A DNA stretch of 64,000 nucleotides from an uncultured Algibacter sp. GTDB lineage: Bacteria; Bacteroidota; Bacteroidia; Flavobacteriales; Flavobacteriaceae. The stretch lies in contig NZ_CANKXG010000002.1 of NCBI RefSeq assembly GCF_947487575.1, forward strand, positions 167,179 through 231,178. The letters are read 5' to 3'. Below the pieces are notes generated by a model, which saw only the letters and a list, made by a program, of their open reading frames with translations, had not been told where the DNA came from and made no database searches. The stretch's first letter is position 1, and every line of letters starts with the position of its first letter. Of the stretch, positions 48,180 through 57,156 are shown piece by piece. A program made the position numbers and the translations under genes.

Positions 48180-49427
48180 TTAGTTTTTATTCTTCTCTTC
48201 AATCCATTTACTCATAAACTTGGTGCTTTGTAAAGTATGATGTTGAAGCATTTGACCTGTAAAATTATTTAGTCGTTGCTTGTTAAGGTCTTTAGTCGTC
48301 TCTTCTATTTTATTAAAAAACTTGTTTTGATATTCAATTTTATTGAAACGCTTATTAATTATAGAAAATCCATGTTCTTGTTTCTCTTTCCATAGCGTTT
48401 CATTCTTATACAACTCTATGGCTTTAATAGAAAATAGCTCCAGATTATCTTCAACAAAACCATTAGGCTCAACATCTCCAAACATACCCTCTGCGCCAAC
48501 TATTGAAGTCACGCATGGCGTTCCATTTTTCATAGCATCAACCAATTTACCTTTTAAGCCTGCTCCGAATCTAATTGGCGCTAAACATACTTTAGCGTTT
48601 TGCATCACTCCATTGACATCTTCAGCAAATCCTTTAATTAAAAAGCCTTCTTTTTCATTATGAAGCTGATTCACTTTTTGGGAGGCATAGGCACCATAAA
48701 TATGTAATTCTGCTTTTGTCAGTTGTTTTCGTATTAAAGGCCAAATGGTTTCTTTTAAATATAAAATAGCGTTGTAATTTGGTTCATGCAAAAAGTTTCC
48801 TATAGTTACAAAATGGTTTCTATTTTCAAATTTTGGCAGCTCATCTATGTCTTCTTTTGAAATAGAATCTAGCATAAAAGGCAAATACATCAAAAGAGAG
48901 TCATCAACCTTAAACTGATTTTTAAGAATATCTATTTCAGCTTCAGAAATAATTAAACTTAAATCGCTTCTATAAATACTGGCTATTTCTCGCTTTGCTG
49001 TTTCATTGAATAAAAAAGTTTCGTTGAATGTTTTATTGTCTTTAAATGCTTGATGTCTGCCCTTCCTTAAGCAATGTAAATCTTCAGTATCTAAAACCTT
49101 AAGAGCTTCGGGGCATTGTTCAGTAACGCGCCACCCGAATTGCTCTTCCATCATAAAACGGTCAAATAAAACGATACTTGGATTTAATTCTGCAACAAAA
49201 TCATCAAAAGACGTATGATTTAATTCGATGGAAGTTTGAGCTACCCCAATACTTTCAAGATTAAAGGCATTGTTACTTTTAGCACAAGGGCTTGCAAAAG
49301 TAATTTGATATTTTTTTGACTGAAAAGCTTCAATCAATTGCATCATTCTACTACCGGCCGCAGAACTTTTGGGCTCTGGCCATACAAAACCAATAATGAG
49401 TAAATTTTTATTCATAAAATTTTCCAA
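48180..49427 (-). CDS. Glycosyltransferase (GT4-like)
   Basis: WPEP.SSAAG, IGNFLH.PN, APIRFGAGLKGK..DAM..GTP.VT. Confidence 0.82.
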   Translation of the reverse strand: MENFMNKNLLIIGFVWPEPKSSAAGSRMMQLIEAFQSKKYQITFASPCAKSNNAFNLESIGVAQTSIELNHTSFDDFVAELNPSIVLFDRFMMEEQFGWRVTEQCPEALKVLDTEDLHCLRKGRHQAFKDNKTFNETFLFNETAKREIASIYRSDLSLIISEAEIDILKNQFKVDDSLLMYLPFMLDSISKEDIDELPKFENRNHFVTIGNFLHEPNYNAILYLKETIWPLIRKQLTKAELHIYGAYASQKVNQLHNEKEGFLIKGFAEDVNGVMQNAKVCLAPIRFGAGLKGKLVDAMKNGTPCVTSIVGAEGMFGDVEPNGFVEDNLELFSIKAIELYKNETLWKEKQEHGFSIINKRFNKIEYQNKFFNKIEETTKDLNKQRLNNFTGQMLQHHTLQSTKFMSKWIEEKNKN

Positions 49428-49510
49428 ATCTCAAAAAATATAAAACAAAATTCCAATTGTGAAGTGTATCTCCTTGGAATTTGGAATTTGTTTTTTTTGA
49501 GATTTTATAT

Positions 49511-49984
49511 TTATTCTGGTTTAGGCTCCAAACCATATTTTAATCGTACTAATTTTGCCCAATCAATTACAGCCTTTATTTGTTTATCATTAAGTTTTGC
49601 TTCAGAATGTGTCCAGGCATAAGAATTTAAAGGCATCTCTTTATTTTCAACTATTTCTATGAGTTCTTCGAATTTATGATCTTTCCTTTTAATTGAATTG
49701 CCTTCCCAATTAGACATATTGAAGTGCTTTTTCCCATCCTTCACGTGGCTAGCTAACCAATAATTTACTGGCGTTATGTTATTATACCACGGATATCTAG
49801 TAATATCACTATGGCAATCAAAACAAGTTTCCTTTAAAATAATTTTCACATTTTCTGGTGGATTAGTTTCATCCATAAAAGCATTTATTGAAGTTAAATC
49901 ACCTTCATTTTTATCTGGCCTAAAAAATTGAGCTATTACAAATACAATTAACAATAGTAATAACAGCTTTTTTATTATTTTCAT
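49511..49984 (-). CDS. Haem-binding domain protein
   Basis: CFDCHS (CxxCH), YPWY..I.P, EMPL.SY...H.EA.L. Confidence 0.85.
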   Translation of the reverse strand: MKIIKKLLLLLLIVFVIAQFFRPDKNEGDLTSINAFMDETNPPENVKIILKETCFDCHSDITRYPWYNNITPVNYWLASHVKDGKKHFNMSNWEGNSIKRKDHKFEELIEIVENKEMPLNSYAWTHSEAKLNDKQIKAVIDWAKLVRLKYGLEPKPE

Positions 49985-50021
49985 TTTAAGTAATTTTAAA
50001 AATTAAAAATAAGAAAACCTT

Positions 50022-50600
50022 TTGACTACAGAACAACTCTATAATGAATTAAACTACGTAAATCATTCGCGTGAAAAACGTTTGTTTTATGCCCTATTGA
50101 TGCAAGACAACCCAAATTTGGTTCCTAAATTATTAGATATTCTTTTTATGGTTGACGACAAAATATCACCACGAGCAGCTTGGGTTTTTGAGTTTATGTG
50201 CAACCACAATATTAATACTATAATTCCATATTTAGATATGTTTACTGAAAATATGCATAAAGTACACTTAGACTCTGCTGTTCGGCCAGTTGCTAAAATA
50301 TGCGAAATTTTAGCAAAGACTTACACCAAGAAAGAAGATAATTACATCAAAAAAAATCTAACAGAAACTCACAAAGAACGTATAATTGAAAACTGTTTTG
50401 ATTATATGATAAATGATGAAAAAGTAGCACCTAAAGCATACGCAATGAGTACACTATTTTTATTTGGAAAAGATTATGAATGGGTTTACCCTGAGTTGGC
50501 TCGTATTTTAGAAGACGATTTCTCAAAACAAACTGCCGCTTTTAAAGCAAGAGCTCGTCATATTTTAAAAAAAATCAAAAAAACTACACCTAAAAACTAA
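50022..50600 (+). CDS. Conserved helical-repeat protein upstream of purB
   Basis: RAAWVFE, RPVAKICE, KVAPKAYAM patterns; no lyase motif. Confidence 0.65.
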   Translation: MTTEQLYNELNYVNHSREKRLFYALLMQDNPNLVPKLLDILFMVDDKISPRAAWVFEFMCNHNINTIIPYLDMFTENMHKVHLDSAVRPVAKICEILAKTYTKKEDNYIKKNLTETHKERIIENCFDYMINDEKVAPKAYAMSTLFLFGKDYEWVYPELARILEDDFSKQTAAFKARARHILKKIKKTTPKN

Positions 50601-50676
50601 AAAACTTCAAGCTTCTGGCTTCCGTCTTCAGTCTTAAAAACCTATCTTTGCAACTTCAAAAAATCAAACATAAATT

Positions 50677-52020
50677 ATGTCATTATCAGCATTAAATGCC
50701 GTCTCTCCTATTGATGGACGCTATAGAAGTAAAGTAAGTGAATTGGCGCCGTATTTCTCTGAAGAGGCTTTAATAAAATATCGTGTTTTAGTTGAAATAG
50801 AATATTTTATTGCGCTTTGCGAAATTCCTTTACCTCAACTTCAATCTATTGACAGCGGTGTTTTTGAAAGCTTAAGAGCTATTTATAAAGATTTTTCCTC
50901 TGATGATGCAATGGCAATCAAGAAGATTGAAAGTGTTACTAATCATGATGTAAAAGCAGTTGAATATTTTATAAAAGAGCAATTTGATAAGCTAAACTTG
51001 AGTGCGTATAAAGAATTTATCCACTTTGGTTTAACGTCTCAAGATATAAACAACACTGCTATTCCTTTAAGTATTAAGGAAGCCATGAACGCTATTTATG
51101 TACCTGAATATTTTATAGTTTTAGAAAAACTTAAAAGTTTATCTAAAGATTGGAGTGCCATTTCTATGCTGGCTAGAACACACGGACAACCAGCATCTCC
51201 AACAAGACTTGGTAAAGAAATTGAAGTATTTGTTGTTCGTCTTGAAGAGCAATTTAATTTACTAAATGATATTCCAAGCGCTGCCAAATTTGGTGGAGCA
51301 ACTGGTAATTTTAATGCACACCATGTAGCGTATCCAGATATTGACTGGAAAGCTTTTGGAAGCCAATTTGTACAAGAGAAATTAGGTTTACAACACTCTT
51401 TTCCAACAACTCAGATTGAGCATTACGACCATATGGCGGCTTTATTTGATACCTTGAAACGTATTAACACCATAATTCTAGATTTAGATAGAGATATCTG
51501 GACCTACGTATCTATGGATTATTTTAAACAAAAAATTAAAGCTGGTGAAGTTGGAAGTTCTGCAATGCCACATAAAGTTAATCCTATAGATTTTGAAAAT
51601 TCTGAAGGGAACTTAGGTATAGCAAACGCTATTTTTGAGCACCTATCAGCTAAACTACCTGTTTCAAGATTACAACGCGATTTAACAGATAGTACTGTAT
51701 TGCGTAACGTTGGTGTTCCTTTTGGACATACGCTTATTGGTTTTAAATCGACTTTAAAAGGTTTGAATAAATTATTGTTGAACGAAAGTAAATTTGCTGA
51801 AGATTTAGAAAACAATTGGGCAGTTGTTGCTGAGGCCATTCAAACTATTTTGCGTCGTGAAGGTTACCCTAATCCTTATGAAGCTCTAAAAGGTTTAACA
51901 AGAACTAACACTAAAATAAATCAAAATTCTATTTCTAATTTTATTGATACATTAGAAGTTTCAAACACAATAAAAGAAGAATTAAAACGTATTACACCTA
52001 GTAATTACACAGGGATTTAA
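50677..52020 (+). CDS. purB: Adenylosuccinate lyase
   Basis: SPIDGRY, TNHDVKAVEY, RTHGQ.ASPT, GSSAMPHKVNPIDFEN; TATCTTTG at 50643-50650. Confidence 0.97.
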   Translation: MSLSALNAVSPIDGRYRSKVSELAPYFSEEALIKYRVLVEIEYFIALCEIPLPQLQSIDSGVFESLRAIYKDFSSDDAMAIKKIESVTNHDVKAVEYFIKEQFDKLNLSAYKEFIHFGLTSQDINNTAIPLSIKEAMNAIYVPEYFIVLEKLKSLSKDWSAISMLARTHGQPASPTRLGKEIEVFVVRLEEQFNLLNDIPSAAKFGGATGNFNAHHVAYPDIDWKAFGSQFVQEKLGLQHSFPTTQIEHYDHMAALFDTLKRINTIILDLDRDIWTYVSMDYFKQKIKAGEVGSSAMPHKVNPIDFENSEGNLGIANAIFEHLSAKLPVSRLQRDLTDSTVLRNVGVPFGHTLIGFKSTLKGLNKLLLNESKFAEDLENNWAVVAEAIQTILRREGYPNPYEALKGLTRTNTKINQNSISNFIDTLEVSNTIKEELKRITPSNYTGI

Positions 52021-52039
52021 ATATTAAATAATATACAAT

Positions 52040-52237
52040 ATGTTAACCGATAAACAATCTATAGTACTTACTGGACTTATGGCTGTTAGTATTTTTGTTT
52101 TTGGAATACTGAATATTCTAGATAACTTTGTTGTTTTAACTGTTCTTACTATTATATTTTTTAGCATTGTTATTAATATACTTTATTCTAAGTATAAACC
52201 AGAAAAGATAACTCAAGACCAAAACAATTCCAAATAA
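52040..52237 (+). CDS. Small 2-TM membrane protein
   Basis: 65 aa, two hydrophobic helices, followed by a terminator. Confidence 0.6.
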   Translation: MLTDKQSIVLTGLMAVSIFVFGILNILDNFVVLTVLTIIFFSIVINILYSKYKPEKITQDQNNSK

Positions 52238-52263
52238 AAAAGGCTTCCACTAGGAAGCCTTTT
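52237..52263. terminator. Bidirectional intrinsic terminator
   Basis: AAAAAGGCTTCC-ACTA-GGAAGCCTTTT between convergent genes. Confidence 0.75.
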
Positions 52264-52286
52264 AACATTAACATAATTACTATAAG

Positions 52287-52829
52287 TTATTTGAAGAAAT
52301 TCATAATATTTTCTATCTGACCTTCATCTACATTTGCATTTTGAAATGCGTTAATTAAAGTAACCATCTTTTCAGGGTTCATATCATCACCTAATATTCT
52401 AACAATACCAAAACCCATATCTTTGGCGCTACCAAACACTATTACCTCATCTGCTTCTTCATCTGTGCCAATATATTTTACTGATATTTTATTGCCTTTG
52501 TCGCTAAACTCCATTAAATCCTTATACTTACCATTACTTAAAATAGTTTTCACTTTTGCTATTTCAGCTTTATAAGTTTCAGTATCTGTTTCATTAACCT
52601 TATAGCCTAAAAAATTTAATTTATCTACAGAGTTATAAGCTTCTTTTTGCTCTTTTGTAAAGTTAGATTTGTCTATCTCTATCAATGAAAGTGGCAAGTC
52701 TTGAGATATAAAATTTTTCGCCTCTTGGTTATCTACATAATAACGTTGCAAACTAACATCATTACCACAGCTAATAAAAATAACTGTGGTAAATAATGTG
52801 TATGCTAAATATTTGATTGTTCGTTGCAT
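52287..52829 (-). CDS. DUF4252 family lipoprotein
   Basis: Lipobox FIS-C; SLQRYYVD, VRILG..M.P. Confidence 0.75.
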   Translation of the reverse strand: MQRTIKYLAYTLFTTVIFISCGNDVSLQRYYVDNQEAKNFISQDLPLSLIEIDKSNFTKEQKEAYNSVDKLNFLGYKVNETDTETYKAEIAKVKTILSNGKYKDLMEFSDKGNKISVKYIGTDEEADEVIVFGSAKDMGFGIVRILGDDMNPEKMVTLINAFQNANVDEGQIENIMNFFK

Positions 52830-52844
52830 TGATTGATGATTATT

Positions 52845-53405
52845 TTATTTATCTTTTTCTAAGTGCTTACCTCCTGGTATGTTCATTTTATCAGTAAGTT
52901 TAGAAATTTCATTAAGATCTATATCTCCTGTAAGTGATACTACAACGGTTTCAATTTTACGTTCTTTCCCATTAATTTCAATCTTATCATTCATCATTTT
53001 ATCAATACCGTTTACAAAAATTAAAAGTTCTTTTACATGGTCAGAATCTTTACCTTCTTTAACATAAAACTTCACCTCGGTTCCATCGTCCTTAACTTCC
53101 ATTAATTCTTCTAAACCTCCAGAACGTGATTTTACCCATTTAGAAATATCAGCAGAAATAGAAGCGTTATCCGTTACAATAGTTTTAAAACTGGTAATGC
53201 TTTTTACCATATCCATATATGCTTTTGCCTCTGCATCTTCCACATTAATTCCCATTTTTGCTATCATTTGAAACATTTTAGGTTTAATGTTTACATAAGT
53301 AACGTCATTATTGTCACTATACTTTTCAAAAATATTCTTTTGTGCCATTCCCGCTAATGGTAATAACATAATGGCCATTACTAGTACTATTAATTTATTT
53401 TTCAT
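52845..53405 (-). CDS. DUF4252 family exported protein
   Basis: Signal peptide from MKNKL; FEKY....V..V.I..KMF, LTGDIDL..ISKL. Confidence 0.78.
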   Translation of the reverse strand: MKNKLIVLVMAIMLLPLAGMAQKNIFEKYSDNNDVTYVNIKPKMFQMIAKMGINVEDAEAKAYMDMVKSITSFKTIVTDNASISADISKWVKSRSGGLEELMEVKDDGTEVKFYVKEGKDSDHVKELLIFVNGIDKMMNDKIEINGKERKIETVVVSLTGDIDLNEISKLTDKMNIPGGKHLEKDK

Positions 53406-53500
53406 TGTTCTTGTTTTTAATTTATTTGAATTATTCATTGTTTTTTTTGATACTGAAATACTGAAACAAGTTCAGCACAAGCAAGTTCAGTACACGTTAA

Positions 53501-53974
53501 TTAGTTTTTAAAAATTATACTTGTTGTGTTTTCAACTTCGTTAAGGTATCCTAAAGCTGAAGTCCCTTTATTTACTTCATTTAAGTATCCAACCGTTGAA
53601 GCACCTTTATTGAATTTAGAAGAAATCATTTCCATTGATTTTGAAAATTCATTAAAAGCTAATTGGGGATCTTCATAAGTACCTAGTTCGCCAGTGTTAA
53701 GCGTTGTACCAAAATAAAACCCAAGCATAAGCGCCACTAATGCTGCGACAGAAATCCATTTGTAATTAAAATTACGATTTGTTTTTAATGGAACGTCTTT
53801 AGTAAATTGCTCCTGCTTATTTACCAAAAAATACGTAAACATGGGTTTGTACATTTCTAAATGTGGCGGTACAGTTTCTTGTGTAAAATAGTATTTTAAC
53901 TGCTGCTCTTCTTTAAGCGATGTTTCTCCGTTTTCGTACTTTTCTAGTAATTTTTCTATATTATCTAACACCAT
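53501..53974 (-). CDS. Putative anti-sigma factor (single TM)
   Basis: IEKLLEKY.NGETS..EE N-domain, TM WISVAALVALMLG; overlaps the ECF sigma stop. Confidence 0.65.
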   Translation of the reverse strand: MVLDNIEKLLEKYENGETSLKEEQQLKYYFTQETVPPHLEMYKPMFTYFLVNKQEQFTKDVPLKTNRNFNYKWISVAALVALMLGFYFGTTLNTGELGTYEDPQLAFNEFSKSMEMISSKFNKGASTVGYLNEVNKGTSALGYLNEVENTTSIIFKN

Positions 53975-54470
53975 AATTATGTGTATTTGTTAACTTCTCT
54001 CTTATTGTTTTTCTTGCTCTTGATAAGGCCACACGAACCGCTGTATTATTCATATCCAGCATTTTTGCAATCTCATCAAAATCATAATCTTCTATATCTC
54101 GTAATTGAATTATCATTTTCTGTTGTTCAGGTAAATCAGCTATAATTTTTGCTACCCAATTTACACTATCATTTAATTCAACCTGTTTTTGTAATGGCGT
54201 GTTATTTTCCTCATAATTACTATGTACAATTTTTAAATTCTGTGATTGCTTCGATTTTAATTTATCAAAACAATAATTCTTTGTCATAGTCATAGAAAAA
54301 GCCTCAACATTTTTATACTCAGAAATTTTTAATTTGTTTTTCCATAATTTCAACAACACTTCCTGTGTGGCATCTTCAGCTTCTTCCGTAGATACAAGTA
54401 ATCGTTTTGCTAAACGAAATACTTTATCCTTAAAAGGCATTACAATATTTAAAAACTCTTTTTGAGTCAT
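53961..54470 (-). CDS. ECF sigma-70 factor
   Basis: AEDATQEVLLKLW, LPEQQK..IQLRDIE.Y...EIA, VRV.LSRARK. Confidence 0.92.
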   Translation of the reverse strand: MTQKEFLNIVMPFKDKVFRLAKRLLVSTEEAEDATQEVLLKLWKNKLKISEYKNVEAFSMTMTKNYCFDKLKSKQSQNLKIVHSNYEENNTPLQKQVELNDSVNWVAKIIADLPEQQKMIIQLRDIEDYDFDEIAKMLDMNNTAVRVALSRARKTIREKLTNTHNYGVR

Positions 54471-54569
54471 TTTGGTTTGGTTTAAATAAACAGCTTAGTT
54501 ACGGCTATTTAATATTACGACGACCATGTATTCGTTTTGTTACATTACAAATAAAAAAAATAAACTTTA

Positions 54570-54647
54570 TGGCGTAACCCAATCGGGTCGGGCTTTCATA
54601 AGTCGCTCTCTGCGAAGAGCTCCAACAATTGCTCAATTCCTTACGCG
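54570..54647. repeat. Flavo-1-like repeat, copy F (degenerate)
   Basis: GGCGTAACC...GGGTCGGGCTTT...CAATTCCTTACGCG. Confidence 0.55.
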
Positions 54648-54810
54648 GGCTTATAAGCTAAGTTCAGTAAAACATTAACTTTTACCTTTATTTAAAAAAG
54701 CTATAGACCTACCTACACTCAACGAATTATCAAGTGTTTATTTTTTATTACACAATAATGTAAGTAAATTTATGGTTTTAAGGACTACTTATATAAAATT
54801 GCAGAAAAAA

Positions 54811-56289
54811 ATGAAAAGATTAAACGTTGCCCTAATACTAATTCTTGCTGCTTTATTTTTAACCAGTTGTTTTGAAGATAGTGATGACACAGCTGTTACA
54901 GTTAGGGATATTAACGACTTTATTTATAAAGGTTTAAATATTTTTTATTTATATAAAGATGATGTACCAGATTTGGCAAACAATCGCTTTTCTAATGATA
55001 ATGAGTATAATGATTATTTAAATGCTATCCCCTCACATTTCGATTTTTTTTACAACCTTAGACATCAACCAGAAAACATAGATAGATTCAGTAGGCTTTT
55101 TAGCAATTATATTGCTCTTGAACAGCTTTTAGACGGTGTGTTCACAACAAACGGTATGGAATATAAAGCGTTTACTTTCTCATCATCATCAGATATTAGA
55201 TATGGTATTGTAACTCACGTGCTACCTAATACAGATGCTGAATCTCAAGGCGTTAAACGTGGTGATATTTTTTATGCTATTGATGGTGTACAACTTACAA
55301 GCAAAAATCGCTTTCAATTAACAGGTGGAGATAGCTATAGTATTAATTTAGGTGCATATAACGACAACCTTACACCCAATGATACTTCAGACGATTTTAT
55401 TGATGAAACCACAGAAACCATTACTTTAAGTAAATCTCAATACTCAGAAAACCCAATTTTTATAAACACCATTTTAAACATAGAAAGTAAAAATATTGGA
55501 TATTTAATGTATAATGGTTTTACAAGTCCATTTGACAGTCAATTAAACACTGTTTTTGGTACGTTTAAAAATCAGAATATTGATGAATTAGTTTTAGATT
55601 TAAGATATAATTCTGGTGGCTCAGTAGATACAGCCATTTTACTATCAAGTTTAATTACTGGACAATTTACTGGAGATGTTTATAGTACCGAAGAATGGAA
55701 TACTGAATTCCAAGCTTTTTATGAAAACCAAGACCCTGAATCGCTTATTAATAGGTTTACAGACAGTAATGATGGTTCTGCAATAAATAGCCTTGGCTTA
55801 TCTAAAGTTTATATTCTAACTACAGGATCAAGTGCTTCTGCAAGCGAATTGGTTATAAACTCTTTAAGACCATATATTCAAGTCGTTCAAATTGGAACAA
55901 CCACAACTGGTAAATATCAAGCCTCAACAATTGTTTATGACTCTCCAAATTTCAGAAGATCTGGTGCGAACCCAGGGCATACTTATGCTATGTTGCCATT
56001 AATTTACAAATCATTAAATATTAATGGTGATACCGATTATTTCAATGGTTTAGACCCTGATATTTTAATTGCAGAAAACGTCAATAACCTAGGTGTTTTA
56101 GGTAATCAAGACGAACCCTTACTTGCAGCAGCAATTGCAGATATTACTAATTCTGGGCGCTTTATACAGCAAAAAAACAGCACCGTTCAATTTACAAGTC
56201 ATAGCAAAGATTATATCCCAGCAGGATTAGGTATGTATTCAGATAAAGATATTCCAACTAATTTATTTAAAGAAATCCTATTTGAATAA
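54811..56289 (+). CDS. S41 family C-terminal processing peptidase, lipoprotein with PDZ domain
   Basis: Lipobox LTS-C; GVKRGD (PDZ), LDLRYNSGG, SASASE, TTGKYQ. Confidence 0.88.
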   Translation: MKRLNVALILILAALFLTSCFEDSDDTAVTVRDINDFIYKGLNIFYLYKDDVPDLANNRFSNDNEYNDYLNAIPSHFDFFYNLRHQPENIDRFSRLFSNYIALEQLLDGVFTTNGMEYKAFTFSSSSDIRYGIVTHVLPNTDAESQGVKRGDIFYAIDGVQLTSKNRFQLTGGDSYSINLGAYNDNLTPNDTSDDFIDETTETITLSKSQYSENPIFINTILNIESKNIGYLMYNGFTSPFDSQLNTVFGTFKNQNIDELVLDLRYNSGGSVDTAILLSSLITGQFTGDVYSTEEWNTEFQAFYENQDPESLINRFTDSNDGSAINSLGLSKVYILTTGSSASASELVINSLRPYIQVVQIGTTTTGKYQASTIVYDSPNFRRSGANPGHTYAMLPLIYKSLNINGDTDYFNGLDPDILIAENVNNLGVLGNQDEPLLAAAIADITNSGRFIQQKNSTVQFTSHSKDYIPAGLGMYSDKDIPTNLFKEILFE

Positions 56290-56993
56290 ACACAAAACCT
56301 ACTTCAACTGGAGTTCGGGTAAAGATTCAGCATTAGCACTTTATCATTTATTGCAAGATAATCGCTACTCGGTAGATGAATTAATAACCACAGTTAATAG
56401 TCATTTCAACCGTGTTTCGATGCATGGTCTTAGAAAAGAGTTATTAATCGCCCAAACCAATGCCTTAAATATACCTGCAAGTTTAATTGAACTTCCAGAA
56501 ATGCCAAGTATGGAAGTCTATGAGCAAAAGATGATAGACACCGTTTTAAGATTAAAAAAAGATGGCTTTACGCATACGGCTTTTGGTGATATTTTTCTTG
56601 AAGATCTAAGAGTTTATAGAGAAAACCAATTAGCAAAACAAAATATAAAAGCAGTATTCCCTCTATGGAAAAGAGATACCAAAGCATTGCTAAATGAGTT
56701 TTTAAATTTAGGTTTTAAAACTATCATAGTTTGCGCAAACTCTAAATACTTTGATGAGGATTTTGTGGGAACAGTGATTGACGAAAATTTTATTAAAAAC
56801 CTACCTGAAGGTGTAGACCCTTGTGGAGAAAACGGAGAATTTCACACCTTTTGTTTTGATGGTCCTATTTTTAAAACACCCATTAAATTTAAAGGTTTAT
56901 CGAGAATATAACATTCCAAAACAAGACGATAACTCTATTTGTAAAAGCAATTCAGAAAAATACGGGGTTTGGTATTGTGATTTGATACCATAA
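56282..56993 (+). pseudogene. Diphthine-ammonia-ligase-like (PF01902) ATP-binding protein with frameshifted C-terminus
   Basis: WSSGKDS, FGDIFL, DPCGENGEFHT; frame 0 stops at 56911 while KVYREY...GVWYCDLIP continues in the +1 frame 56892-56993. Confidence 0.7.
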
Positions 56994-56994
56994 A

Positions 56995-57131
56995 AAAGAG
57001 GTTGTCTAAAAAACAAGTCTACTGTCACATTGAGCGCAGTCGAAATGTTTTAAATTGTTGATAATCAGAAATAGGTTTCGACTGCGCTCAACCTGACAAA
57101 ATGAAATAAAGACCTTTTAGACAACCTCTTT
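56995..57131. mobile_element. MITE/REPIN-like element: 17-bp terminal inverted repeats enclosing an inverted REP doublet
   Basis: AAAGAGGTTGTCTAAAA (56995-57011) / TTTTAGACAACCTCTTT (57115-57131); REPs at 57023-57047 and 57074-57098. Confidence 0.7.
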
Positions 57132-57156
57132 AATAAAATAGTTAAGATTTATATTT

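Noticed and set aside
50022-50600. Second adenylosuccinate lyase
   Set aside because: No fumarase-superfamily SSxMPxKxN signature; only adjacent to the real purB.
53535-53615. 13-aa tandem duplication (NKGASTVGYLNEV / NKGTSALGYLNEV) in the putative anti-sigma
   Set aside because: Diverged short repeat in a helical tail; no evidence of functional novelty.
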